Source: Hadesarchaea archaeon
Lineage (GTDB): Archaea > Hadarchaeota > Hadarchaeia > Hadarchaeales > Hadarchaeaceae
Length of the DNA: 64,000 nt
Direction: 5' to 3'
Assembly (NCBI GenBank): GCA_029259175.1
Contig: JAPDJH010000005.1
Location: 57,913-121,912, forward strand
Part shown: one piece after another, positions 22,406 through 31,251 of the stretch
Numbering within the stretch: the first letter of the stretch is position 1
Layout of the letters: each line of letters starts with the position of its first letter
The notes under the pieces: model-generated
What the model was told of the DNA's origin: nothing
Seen by the model: only the letters and a program-made list of their open reading frames with translations
The model's database searches: none
Made by a program: the position numbers and the translations under genes

Positions 22406-23829
22406 TGGCCGAAGAAGTGAAATCGAAAGAGTACATGACTGTGCGCGAGGTTTCCGGTCCGCTTATGATAGTGGAGGGTGTTAGAGGTGTCGGCTATGGA
22501 GAAGTCGTAGAAATCGTGGCACCCAGTGGGGAAATCAAACATGGACAGGTGCTCGATGCCTATCTCGATAGAGCAGTGATTCAAGTGTACGAAGGCACAT
22601 CGGGTATTGACACCAAAGCAACGCGCGTGCGGTTTACAGGAGAGACCGTCAAGTTTGGGGTCAGCGCTGAACTTCTCGGAAGGATATTCAACGGCCGTGG
22701 AGAGCCAATCGATGGAGGACCAAAACCCATCGCCGACGACTACTGGGATATTCACGGATCTCCTTTGAACCCGGCTGCGCGCGAATACCCCAATGAATTC
22801 ATACAAACGGGGATTTCGGCGATAGACGGGATGAACACTCTCGTTCGGGGACAAAAGCTTCCCATATTTTCAGGTGCAGGGCTGCCACACAACGAGATCG
22901 CTGCGCAGGTGGCACGTCAAGCGAAGGTTCTGGGTGAAGAAGAGAAGTTCTCTGTGGTTTTCTGCGGAATGGGAGTCACGTACGAAGAGGCGAACTTCTT
23001 TATCAAGGACTTTGAAAGCACAGGTGCGCTCGAACACGCAGTGGTTTTCCTTAACCTTGCCAACGATCCGGCCATAGAGCGAATCATCACTCCTCGTCTA
23101 GCTCTAACTACTGCTGAGTACTTGGCTTTTGTTCAGGGGATGCATGTGCTCGTTATTCTCATCAACATGACCAACTACTGTGAGGCGTTGCGAGAAATTT
23201 CTGCCGCGCGGAGTGAAGTTCCGGGCAGGCGAGGATATCCGGGATACATGTACACAGATTTGGCGACCATTTACGAACGAGCAGGGCGGATTCGAGGAAA
23301 GAAAGGATCCATCACTCAAATGCCGGTTCTGACCATGCCAGGAGACGACATCACACATCCAATCCCTGATCTCACCGGATACATCACAGAAGGACAACTG
23401 GTGCTCGACCGCGAGCTTCACCACAAGGGGATTTATCCGCCAATAAACGTGCTCCCCTCTTTGTCCAGATTGATGAAGGATGGTATAGGGAAGGGGAAGA
23501 CTAGAGAAGACCATGTTGATCTGTCCAACCAGCTGTACGCGGCTTACGCTGAAGGACGCGATCTGCGTTCACTGGTCGCGGTGGTGGGAGAGGAAGCACT
23601 AACGGATAGGGACCGGGCTTATTTGGAATTTGCCGATCAGTTCGAACGGCGATTCATCAATCAGGGACGCTACGAGGACAGATCGATCGAAACCACGCTT
23701 AACATTGGATGGGAGTTGTTGCGTTTGCTGCCTCGGAGCGAGCTAAAACGGATAGATCCGGCGTTCATCTCTCGCTATCTGGAGCGTGGAGAAGGGAGCG
23801 CTCAGAACTCAAAATCCTCATCACCGTGA
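22405..23829 (+). CDS. atpB: A1Ao ATP synthase subunit B
   Basis: [35 protein letters not shown]. Confidence 0.97.
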   Translation: MAEEVKSKEYMTVREVSGPLMIVEGVRGVGYGEVVEIVAPSGEIKHGQVLDAYLDRAVIQVYEGTSGIDTKATRVRFTGETVKFGVSAELLGRIFNGRGEPIDGGPKPIADDYWDIHGSPLNPAAREYPNEFIQTGISAIDGMNTLVRGQKLPIFSGAGLPHNEIAAQVARQAKVLGEEEKFSVVFCGMGVTYEEANFFIKDFESTGALEHAVVFLNLANDPAIERIITPRLALTTAEYLAFVQGMHVLVILINMTNYCEALREISAARSEVPGRRGYPGYMYTDLATIYERAGRIRGKKGSITQMPVLTMPGDDITHPIPDLTGYITEGQLVLDRELHHKGIYPPINVLPSLSRLMKDGIGKGKTREDHVDLSNQLYAAYAEGRDLRSLVAVVGEEALTDRDRAYLEFADQFERRFINQGRYEDRSIETTLNIGWELLRLLPRSELKRIDPAFISRYLERGEGSAQNSKSSSP

Positions 23830-23856
23830 TCAGACCAGCCAGGTTCTTCATCGCGC
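23798..23856 (-). ncRNA. Box C/D guide sRNA, predicted to direct Cm34 of tRNA-Leu(CAA)
   Basis: Minus strand GCGCG-AUGAAGA(C)-ACCUGGCUGGU-CUGA(D')-UCACGG-UGAUGA(C')-GGAUUUUGAGUU-CUGA(D)-GCGC with a terminal stem. Confidence 0.85.
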
Positions 23857-23892
23857 ATCATACAGTAGATGTCGTTGTATAAGAACCACGCG

Positions 23893-25002
23893 CTAAGTTA
23901 TTCTTTCTACCATGCGACGAGCTTTCGGTAAAGCTTTCTTGTATCTCTGCCTGTGCTCATGGAGAAATGCAATCATGCGCTCAATCGCTAGTTGTTTGCA
24001 CTCACCGCAGATCATCTTGCCATTCTTGCATCGTTCACGTATTTCAAGTAATTCCTTGTCATCTGGAACAAGGTGGTAGAGATAGAGCTCGTATATGCGG
24101 CAAACATCTGGATTGCCACCGTGTTTTCTTTGTTCTTCAGCTGTTGGGCGCCCTCCGGTAAAAGCGTTTTTCAGTTTTTTTGTTACCTCGCGGTCTTCAT
24201 CTGTCAGAAATATTGCTGTTTCCGGTTTGCTGCTGGACATTTTCTCACCCAACAGCCCGGGAAGCAGACGGTGGTATGTGGACGACGGAAGAACGAATCT
24301 GAACTCCTGCTGAAACTTGGCGGCCAGATCACGCGCCAAACGCAAATGCGGGTCCTGATCTATCCCTACCGGAACCACCGTTGGACGAGGCCCACCGAAC
24401 TCAGGCAATTGGGGGTGCAAAATGTCGGCCACATCGATCAGAGGATAGTATATGGACGAAATGTTTGTTTCACCGGCAAATCCATAAATTGCTCGAACGG
24501 TGCTGAACGTCACTCTTTTTCCCAAAATGAAAGCCAAGTCGCGGACTGCGGATCTTTTGCTTTGAAAATAAACATTGCAATTTTCTATATCCAAGCCAAG
24601 AGCTTCATAGTTCGCCAAGTATTCCTTTGTGGCAAACCGTTTTGCTTCGTCAAAGGAAAGCCCTCTTGCGGAGTATGCTTCTAAATCGGCCACACAGAGA
24701 AAAATCTCTGCGCCTTTTTTCTGATACCATATGAGCTGGTCGATCACCATTTTGTGTCCAAGGTGCATCTTGCCGCTGGGCATAAGTCCCGTCATCACCG
24801 CGTAAGGTTTCCTGGCCTTCATTGCGTTCAAAACGCGGTCGAAATCGCGATGACCGAAAATCAGCTTCCGCCTCATCAAAGGAAGAGGGTCTGAGATCTT
24901 TTGGAGCAGGTCTCCAAAGGGCTGAATTCCAAACTCCTTCATCACCCGCTCGTAATCTTTCGGAATGACGCTGCTCCACGGATCCAAAGGTGCCGGCATC
25001 AC
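23893..25002 (-). CDS. trpS: Tryptophanyl-tRNA synthetase
   Basis: LDPW, TGLMPSGKMHLGH, VPVGIDQDPH, KMSSS, CGECK. Confidence 0.95.
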   Translation of the reverse strand: MMPAPLDPWSSVIPKDYERVMKEFGIQPFGDLLQKISDPLPLMRRKLIFGHRDFDRVLNAMKARKPYAVMTGLMPSGKMHLGHKMVIDQLIWYQKKGAEIFLCVADLEAYSARGLSFDEAKRFATKEYLANYEALGLDIENCNVYFQSKRSAVRDLAFILGKRVTFSTVRAIYGFAGETNISSIYYPLIDVADILHPQLPEFGGPRPTVVPVGIDQDPHLRLARDLAAKFQQEFRFVLPSSTYHRLLPGLLGEKMSSSKPETAIFLTDEDREVTKKLKNAFTGGRPTAEEQRKHGGNPDVCRIYELYLYHLVPDDKELLEIRERCKNGKMICGECKQLAIERMIAFLHEHRQRYKKALPKARRMVERIT

Positions 25003-25535
25003 AGCCTCTCCCGCGTCACGGCATAATAAGTTATGTCCCCTTCCTCATCCACGATTGCCCAAATAAAGCGTTTGCGAACCCCATGAGCCAACCTAACGGC
25101 TCGAACCAGTTCGGTTGCTCCAAACTTGGCCGATCCCGGGATTGCGTGAACCAAAAACTTGGAGTGGGCTTCCCCCGGGCGGTCCCCCCGGTCGTACACT
25201 CGAAAATGCGCTCCGAATTTCAGCCCTGTTCTCACAATGTAGCCGCGCGAACGCAAGTCAGCATACGTGACATATTTGAGTCTGAATTCCGGATCCGTTT
25301 TCGCAAATTTCTTCATCAGCGTTTCGAAATCTAGCTTATTTCCCTTTTGATCTTCGATTATTATTTTTCCGTTTTCAACCAGATAGAGTGCCTCGACAGG
25401 AGAGAGCTGAAGTCGCCCGCCACTAAGCGGTTTTCCATAGCATCCCCGCTGGTAAAATCTGTTTGCACGATCTGGATCCATCACTATAACGACTCTCTTT
25501 TGCAGGACCGCCCGAGCCGGTGCCTCTTCCGTCAT
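24999..25535 (-). CDS. endA: tRNA-splicing endonuclease (short, alpha4-type length)
   Basis: LS.VEALYL, Y.DLR.RGY.VRTGLKFGAHFRVY, HS, RLAHGVRK. Confidence 0.93.
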   Translation of the reverse strand: MTEEAPARAVLQKRVVIVMDPDRANRFYQRGCYGKPLSGGRLQLSPVEALYLVENGKIIIEDQKGNKLDFETLMKKFAKTDPEFRLKYVTYADLRSRGYIVRTGLKFGAHFRVYDRGDRPGEAHSKFLVHAIPGSAKFGATELVRAVRLAHGVRKRFIWAIVDEEGDITYYAVTRERL

Positions 25536-25569
25536 CCAAATCCCAATAGAAAAGGTCTTGGAGATTTAT

Positions 25570-27024
25570 TTAGGATGACTGCTTGTTCATAGAAGTATTG
25601 AGTTCTTTCCAGTAACGGAGATTGTGAATGCAACCGGGATCGGGCGCTTGGACATTTCCGTAGTATCCATAGGCTCGCGCCCTACAGCCCCCGCAGATGT
25701 AGCGGTACTCGCACTGAGAACACCCCTCTATCGAATCCCGGTCGCGCAGCTTCCACAAGAGTTCTGATTTATCCCAAATCTCCACGAGCTTATCCGTCCT
25801 GATGTTGCCCAACTTAATCGGCATGAACACACAGGGGATGATGTCTCCGTTGGGTTCCAAACCACAGTAAAGCCTGCCAGCGCCGCATCCTCCTAAAAAC
25901 TCCGCCAGGGCCTTCGTTCGGCCCCGCAGGGCCTTCAGCGCACCTTCAGTGGTGAAGTGTGTTGCTATCACGCCCGCATCTGAACCATATGCATACTCCC
26001 ACGAAACGACCGAGAACTGGGGTGCCGTCGAATAGCAGGTGAGCCCGTCGCCTTTTATCATTCGCTCGTACAGATATTTGAGCAGCTCGTACCTCTCTTG
26101 GGGGGAGATGTCCTGTTCCACTATTTCTTTGCCCCGGCCTGTTGGCACGTAGTTGAAAACGATGACGCGTTTTGCCCCGAGCTCCGTGTGCGCAAACTCG
26201 ACCAAGTCCGGAATCTCTTTCAGGTTATACCGGGTCGCGGTTATCGCCACGCACGTGTCCATCCCCGCTGCGACGGCATTTTTGATTCCCTCGCAGGTCT
26301 TCTTCCAGATCCCCGGAATCCCCCTGAACTCATCATGGGTCTTTTCAAAACCGTCAAGAGAGATCTCTACGTAGTCAAAAATCTCCTTCATCTTGTGTGC
26401 CACTTCTGGGGTGATTAGAGTCCCGTTGGTTGCTATCGAAACGAAAAATCCCTTGCTCTTGGCGTAACCTGCGACCTCATAAATATCCTTGCGCATGAGG
26501 GGCTCGCCCCCGGAAAAGGCAATCGCCACCACTCCTGCCTGTTCAAGCTGGTCAATAACCTGTTTGGCTTCCTCGGTCGTAAGCTCATCTGGAGCCGGCG
26601 ATTTGAGGGCGTTCGCATAACAGTGCTTGCAGTTCAAATTGCACGCCCTAGTGTAGTTCCACACAACCAAAAAGGGTGCAACGGAGGTAAAAGGACGACG
26701 AGCACCATATCGTGCTATGCCCGAGAGCACGTTGACCATCCCGCGACGGATGACCGGATCCCTCAGTTGCTTTCTCAGATCCCCGCTATAACCAAAAATC
26801 GATTTTCCTCTTTCTATTACGGCCTTAACAATCCAATAAGCTATTCGGTCTTGAAATCCGCAAGGAACGTTCTCCCCCACGTAGCGCCGGAGTGCGATGT
26901 CCAAACGACTGACTCCCTCTTTTGACCTTTCGCACACGAACCGCAACATGGCTTTGGTAAACGGATTGCTCAGCCAGCGCTCTACGCTCCCAATGATGAC
27001 CTCTTCTCTTTTCGTGCCCGCCAT
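25570..27024 (-). CDS. Radical SAM protein with SPASM domain
   Basis: CNLNCKHC, FSGGEPL, CGAGR...G.I.PC, C..C.YRYICGGCRARA, DPGC. Confidence 0.92.
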   Translation of the reverse strand: MAGTKREEVIIGSVERWLSNPFTKAMLRFVCERSKEGVSRLDIALRRYVGENVPCGFQDRIAYWIVKAVIERGKSIFGYSGDLRKQLRDPVIRRGMVNVLSGIARYGARRPFTSVAPFLVVWNYTRACNLNCKHCYANALKSPAPDELTTEEAKQVIDQLEQAGVVAIAFSGGEPLMRKDIYEVAGYAKSKGFFVSIATNGTLITPEVAHKMKEIFDYVEISLDGFEKTHDEFRGIPGIWKKTCEGIKNAVAAGMDTCVAITATRYNLKEIPDLVEFAHTELGAKRVIVFNYVPTGRGKEIVEQDISPQERYELLKYLYERMIKGDGLTCYSTAPQFSVVSWEYAYGSDAGVIATHFTTEGALKALRGRTKALAEFLGGCGAGRLYCGLEPNGDIIPCVFMPIKLGNIRTDKLVEIWDKSELLWKLRDRDSIEGCSQCEYRYICGGCRARAYGYYGNVQAPDPGCIHNLRYWKELNTSMNKQSS

Positions 27025-27127
27025 CTGGTCTCACTCCGGTGAAACTACAATTTCACCTAATAAAACCGTAACAGGAGGATTTATATAACAGCGTTATCAT
27101 AATATGAATATGGGGATTCACGCTAAT

Positions 27128-27234
27128 GCCGGGCGGCGAGCCGAGGCGATGATGAGAATTTGGGTCTGAGACGTTGAGGTTTTTCGTCGAGGAAGATTCA
27201 CCTCCATCCGAGTCTGTGCAGCCCGCCGCCCGGT
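27128..27234 (+). ncRNA. Extended box C/D-like structured RNA
   Basis: 11-bp terminal stem GCCGGGCGGCG/CGCCGCCCGGU, AUGAUGA at 27149, CUGA at 27166, internal GACG/CGUC hairpin, CCGA at 27208, following T-run. Confidence 0.65.
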
Positions 27235-27363
27235 ATTTTTTCCCGGCGTGCTTAAAAAAAATCATGGGGTGCCTGCGGGCTGAAGACGCGTGGGCCGGGC
27301 GGGCGTGGGGGTTCCTTCAGGGATCGTCTGCCCTCCGTTTGTAGTGACATAAAATCGAACGAG

Positions 27364-27692
27364 ATGAACGGTGCATTTTCGTGGTGCGGTTGTTTTTGCG
27401 GTGCGGGCGTGGCGCTCGGCGGCACAATCAAGGGCGCGGAAGCTAGCGCGGCCGGAACCGCGATGGGTTTCCCCACGATGTTCCTCTCTGGGGCTTTCTG
27501 GCCAATCGAGATGATGCCCGGCTTCAGGCAGGCAGTTGCCAAAGCCATGCCGTTGGACTACTTCCGTGGCGGCCTGAGACAGACGATGATCTGCCAGACC
27601 CCCAGGTCGCGCTGCCTCTCCTGACTTTGGGGGTCTTGGCTGTTGTGTTCCTCTCTCTGGCGATAAAGCTGACGGAGTGGAGGGAGTTCTGA
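27364..27692 (+). pseudogene. Remnant C-terminus of an ABC-2 type permease
   Basis: FPTMFLSGAFWPIEMMP....AKAMPLDYF..GLR, then a frameshift to LLTLGVLAVVFLSLAIKLTEWREF*; N-terminus absent. Confidence 0.75.
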
Positions 27693-27754
27693 AGATAACC
27701 ACCACTGAGCAAAGCGAGAGTCCAAACTCCCGGCTCGTCGACTGACCGGGCCTT

Positions 27755-27922
27755 TTACCTTCTGAACCTCCGCTTCTGCCAGCACTCCCGGCAGTAAACC
27801 GGCCTTCCCTCGGTAGGCTTGAAGGGGACCTCACACTCGGCACCGCAGTCGGCGCAGATGGCCTTGTGCATTTGCCGCGGCCCGAACCTTCGCGGCCTCC
27901 CGAACTTTCTTCCATACGCCAT
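27755..27922 (-). CDS. CxxC-x17-CxxC small zinc-ribbon protein (55 aa)
   Basis: Not in ORF track. MAYGRKFGRPRRFGPRQMHKAICADCGAECEVPFKPTEGRPVYCRECWQKRRFRR; AGGAG SD. Confidence 0.9.
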   Translation of the reverse strand: MAYGRKFGRPRRFGPRQMHKAICADCGAECEVPFKPTEGRPVYCRECWQKRRFRR

Positions 27923-28066
27923 TTTTTTCTCTCCTAGAACCCAACGAAGCAGTCGAAGCTGCCAAATGGTTTTTCTCGTGAAAAACCTCGTTGCGTTCCG
28001 AGTTCATTGTGCCGCCCGCATATAAATGCTTTTGAAAAGCGTTTGAAAAACCATCGAACGACCGAG

Positions 28067-28144
28067 TGGTGGGGTCGCCGGGATTTGAACCCAGGTCACC
28101 AGCTCCCAAAGCTGGCAGGATAGACCAAGCTACCCCACGACCCC
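28067..28144 (-). tRNA. tRNA-Pro (UGG), CCA encoded
   Basis: GGGGTCG/CGACCCC acceptor stem, CCAGC-TT-TGG-GA-GCTGG anticodon arm, TTCAAAT T-loop. Confidence 0.96.
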
Positions 28145-28166
28145 AACACACCTTTTTGGAACCATA

Positions 28167-29360
28167 TTAAGAAGCTCTCCGTTTCAGAGATTTTGCGACC
28201 TCTTTTTCCAGCCAGCTGAGAGGAACATCCGGAATCGCTATCCGAGTGCTCTGTCCCCTGTGTCCTGGCCCTGAAGGCTTCAGCATAACAAGACCCAAAG
28301 CACGTAATCTTTGAAGATAACTCCAGAACTGAGTCACTCCTCGCGGTTTTTCCCCATATTCTTCACATACTATGCGATAGGTGTTTTTCACCTCGCCCGT
28401 GAACACATAAGCTTGACCGCTTGATTTTAAACGCCGAACCACAGCGAGTAATGCAAGTTTCTCATGGAGCTGGAGGTCGGCCAACACGTCGCGTCGGATT
28501 TCTGGATATACCTCCGATTTGGCTTCCCGAGCATGCTCGGGCAAAACTGTTTCTGAACCATAATTATCCGCCACCAGTCCCGCTCGCCACAGCAGCTCGA
28601 GAGCAAGCCTTGCGTTCCCCCATCTCGCCGCGATATCTGCAATCAGCTCCACTGTTTCTGGATCTACAGCGCCAGGCCGAAACGCCAATTCTATCCGCTG
28701 CTCCATAATATCCATGAGCTCCTGAGCGCCGTATCCTTCGAGAACCAACATGTTGTGCATAAATGTGCTGCGCGTGGGGGAGTCAAGCTTATCTAGAAAG
28801 CGTCGATCGTGGGCGATCCCGAGAATGCTTATCCGATTTTTCAATCCCTTCTCCTCTGCTGCTCGGGAAAGAAAGAACAACAAATCCGGACCGTTCAGAT
28901 TGACAAAATAATCGATCTCATCCAGCGTCAAAAGCAGATATTTGTCATGGACCTGAAGGTGAGTGACAACCATATCCAACAATTTTTCCGGCCCAAGACC
29001 GTGGTACGGCCAGCGTGGGTTGTAGTGCTGAACCAGTTTAGCACATATCGCAAACACCGTCTTGTCCTTCCGGCAGTTGAGATGAAGATAATCCAGCTGG
29101 ATTTTTTTCTCGCGCGCCAGCTCCTTTAGCTCCGTGCCGAACTTGTACGCGAGAACCGTTTTCCCGACACCGATATCTCCCACTATCAGAGCGCGCTGGC
29201 TGGTTAGAGATGCGAGCAGTGGGCGAAAGACCTGGGCAAGCCATCGGAACTCGTCGTCTCGGTGAACTAAAACCGGAGGGATGTAGTCCGAAAACAGCAC
29301 GCTGGGATCCCTGAAGACCGAACGCTTGCGGAGTTCTTCCTCGAGAATTCTCCTCGACAT
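28167..29360 (-). CDS. cdc6: Orc1/Cdc6 paralog
   Basis: DYIPP.L.HR, GDIGVGKT, LDEIDY, GNARLAL.LL, C-terminal wHTH. Confidence 0.9.
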   Translation of the reverse strand: MSRRILEEELRKRSVFRDPSVLFSDYIPPVLVHRDDEFRWLAQVFRPLLASLTSQRALIVGDIGVGKTVLAYKFGTELKELAREKKIQLDYLHLNCRKDKTVFAICAKLVQHYNPRWPYHGLGPEKLLDMVVTHLQVHDKYLLLTLDEIDYFVNLNGPDLLFFLSRAAEEKGLKNRISILGIAHDRRFLDKLDSPTRSTFMHNMLVLEGYGAQELMDIMEQRIELAFRPGAVDPETVELIADIAARWGNARLALELLWRAGLVADNYGSETVLPEHAREAKSEVYPEIRRDVLADLQLHEKLALLAVVRRLKSSGQAYVFTGEVKNTYRIVCEEYGEKPRGVTQFWSYLQRLRALGLVMLKPSGPGHRGQSTRIAIPDVPLSWLEKEVAKSLKRRAS

Positions 29361-29439
29361 CGTTTTCTTCCCCTTTCTTATTCTCATGCAAGATTAAGAA
29401 TGACACTCAAGATTATTAAAAAAGGGCAGGGATGTAATA

Positions 29440-29910
29440 GTGACCGATATGCCGTTGTCTCCCGCCTCTCTCAAACGGTTGATGGAATTAAAAGTAAAAG
29501 ACGTTATGAACCCCCGGCCGCCAACGTGCAAACCAGAAACACACGTGTCCGAATTGTTGAAAAAATTTCGAACCAGAAAGGAAGATTACGTGTTGGTGGT
29601 AAACCAGAATAAAAAGCTCCTAGGAATAGTCACCGAAAGTGATGTGCTTTATGCCCTGAAAAGGCCGTCGAGACACATGTTCATTGGTGCATGGGCTGCA
29701 CGGGAGATGATAAAGATTACTGCAAGCAGGGCCGAGGAGATCATGAGCAAACACCCGCTGACCGTGCATCCAGAAAACACCGTCCGTGAAGCTCTCGATA
29801 TAATGTCCACGCATAAATTCCGGCATCTCCCCGTGACTAAAGAAGACAAAATAGTTGGCGCGATAAGCATCCGAGACATCATTGAGAGTATGCTGAAACT
29901 GAAAGAGTAG
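29440..29910 (+). CDS. CBS-pair protein
   Basis: VKDVM..., LLGIVTESD, FRHLPV, VGAISIRD. Confidence 0.9.
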   Translation: MTDMPLSPASLKRLMELKVKDVMNPRPPTCKPETHVSELLKKFRTRKEDYVLVVNQNKKLLGIVTESDVLYALKRPSRHMFIGAWAAREMIKITASRAEEIMSKHPLTVHPENTVREALDIMSTHKFRHLPVTKEDKIVGAISIRDIIESMLKLKE

Positions 29911-29922
29911 AGGGGGTTCTTC

Positions 29923-31125
29923 ATGATAAACATTCTTCTCTTCGCAGGGCTAGTTCTCGCCCTCGGGGCGATCGGTGGACGGATTGCTCACTCTCTCAAA
30001 TTGACCGGCATTGTCGGGTACATATTCATAGGATTTTTAGTGGGACCAATTCTGGGGCTCGTCAATCGATTAGGTTTGTCGGGTTCTTTTTCGTCTTTAT
30101 GGACAATGTGGACACATCTCACCCTCGCTCTAGTGGCTTTCGTCATCGGAGCCCAGCTCACAATTTCTCTCATCAAACACCTCGGTAAGCCGGTGTTGGG
30201 CATGCTATTCGCGGAGTCTCTGTGTGCAACTTTTGCTGTAATTATTGGAATCACGTTGTTTACCGGAGATCTCACGCTAGGACTAATATTTGGCGCAATG
30301 GCTGCGGCGACCGATCCCGTGGCTACTGTAGGAGTACTGCACGAATACCACTCAAAAGGGCCGGTCACAAATGCTCTCCTAACATTGGTTGGATGGGACG
30401 ACGCAATAGCATCGACTGTTGTAGCAATAGTCTCGGCCGTTGTTATTGGAATTCTAGGCGGAACGGCGACGATAGGAGGAGTAGTAGCGACTGTCATTTT
30501 CAGGATATTTGGAGGCCTGTTCATAGGGGTCGTCCTTGGTCTGCTCTTGGTGCTCGTTGTGACAAAAATCCGCGATCGAGAAAGTATTTTCATCTACACG
30601 CTTGCTATTGTTCTCCTAGGTGCCGGTATTGCCGAGTACTTCGATATCTCGCTGATTTTGACCTGTATGGCCATTGGAATAACCTTTATCAATTTTCTGC
30701 CTCGAAAGGGCCACTTTGTGCGGAACTTGATAGAGGAAATAATGCCCCCGCTTTACGTGGTATTCTTCGTCCTCGTAGGTATGCAGCTGAATTTTGAGAT
30801 GATAGAAACCGCTGGTGGACTGGCCGCCGTCTACATAATGAGTAGAATGTTTGGAAAGTATGGAGGAATTTCGGCCAGCGCCCGTCTGTTACGGGCCCCA
30901 CGAGTTTTCCAAAAATACCTCGGGTTCGGGATGTTCTCTCAAGGAGCTCTAGCATTAGGACTTATGGCGCTATTAGGTACTAAGATATCCAAATTTTCTC
31001 CCAGCTCAAGCATACCGACCCTGGGGATCACGGTGATCACTATAACTACTATTGCCTTTGAAATCATCGGACCAATTGGCGTGAGGTTGGCCATCAAAAA
31101 AGCTGGAGAAACTAAACGAGAGTAA
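29923..31125 (+). CDS. CPA2-family cation:proton antiporter
   Basis: Multiple TMs, AATDPVAT, GWDD, FFVLVG, SQGALALG, FEIIGP. Confidence 0.88.
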   Translation: MINILLFAGLVLALGAIGGRIAHSLKLTGIVGYIFIGFLVGPILGLVNRLGLSGSFSSLWTMWTHLTLALVAFVIGAQLTISLIKHLGKPVLGMLFAESLCATFAVIIGITLFTGDLTLGLIFGAMAAATDPVATVGVLHEYHSKGPVTNALLTLVGWDDAIASTVVAIVSAVVIGILGGTATIGGVVATVIFRIFGGLFIGVVLGLLLVLVVTKIRDRESIFIYTLAIVLLGAGIAEYFDISLILTCMAIGITFINFLPRKGHFVRNLIEEIMPPLYVVFFVLVGMQLNFEMIETAGGLAAVYIMSRMFGKYGGISASARLLRAPRVFQKYLGFGMFSQGALALGLMALLGTKISKFSPSSSIPTLGITVITITTIAFEIIGPIGVRLAIKKAGETKRE

Positions 31126-31251
31126 CTTCAACCAGTGCCTTCTAATTAGTGAATTATTCTCCGCTCAAAATCCAGGTAGTGAATAATCTAGGTGAAAGCC
31201 TCCAAACGTGTAAGATAAAACCGAGAAAATCTAAACACCAACGGGCTGTCC

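Noticed and set aside
27252-28151. Long ORFs 27262-27915, 27252-27548 and 27831-28151
   Set aside because: Shadow frames over a pseudogene, the real 55-aa CxxC gene and tRNA-Pro.
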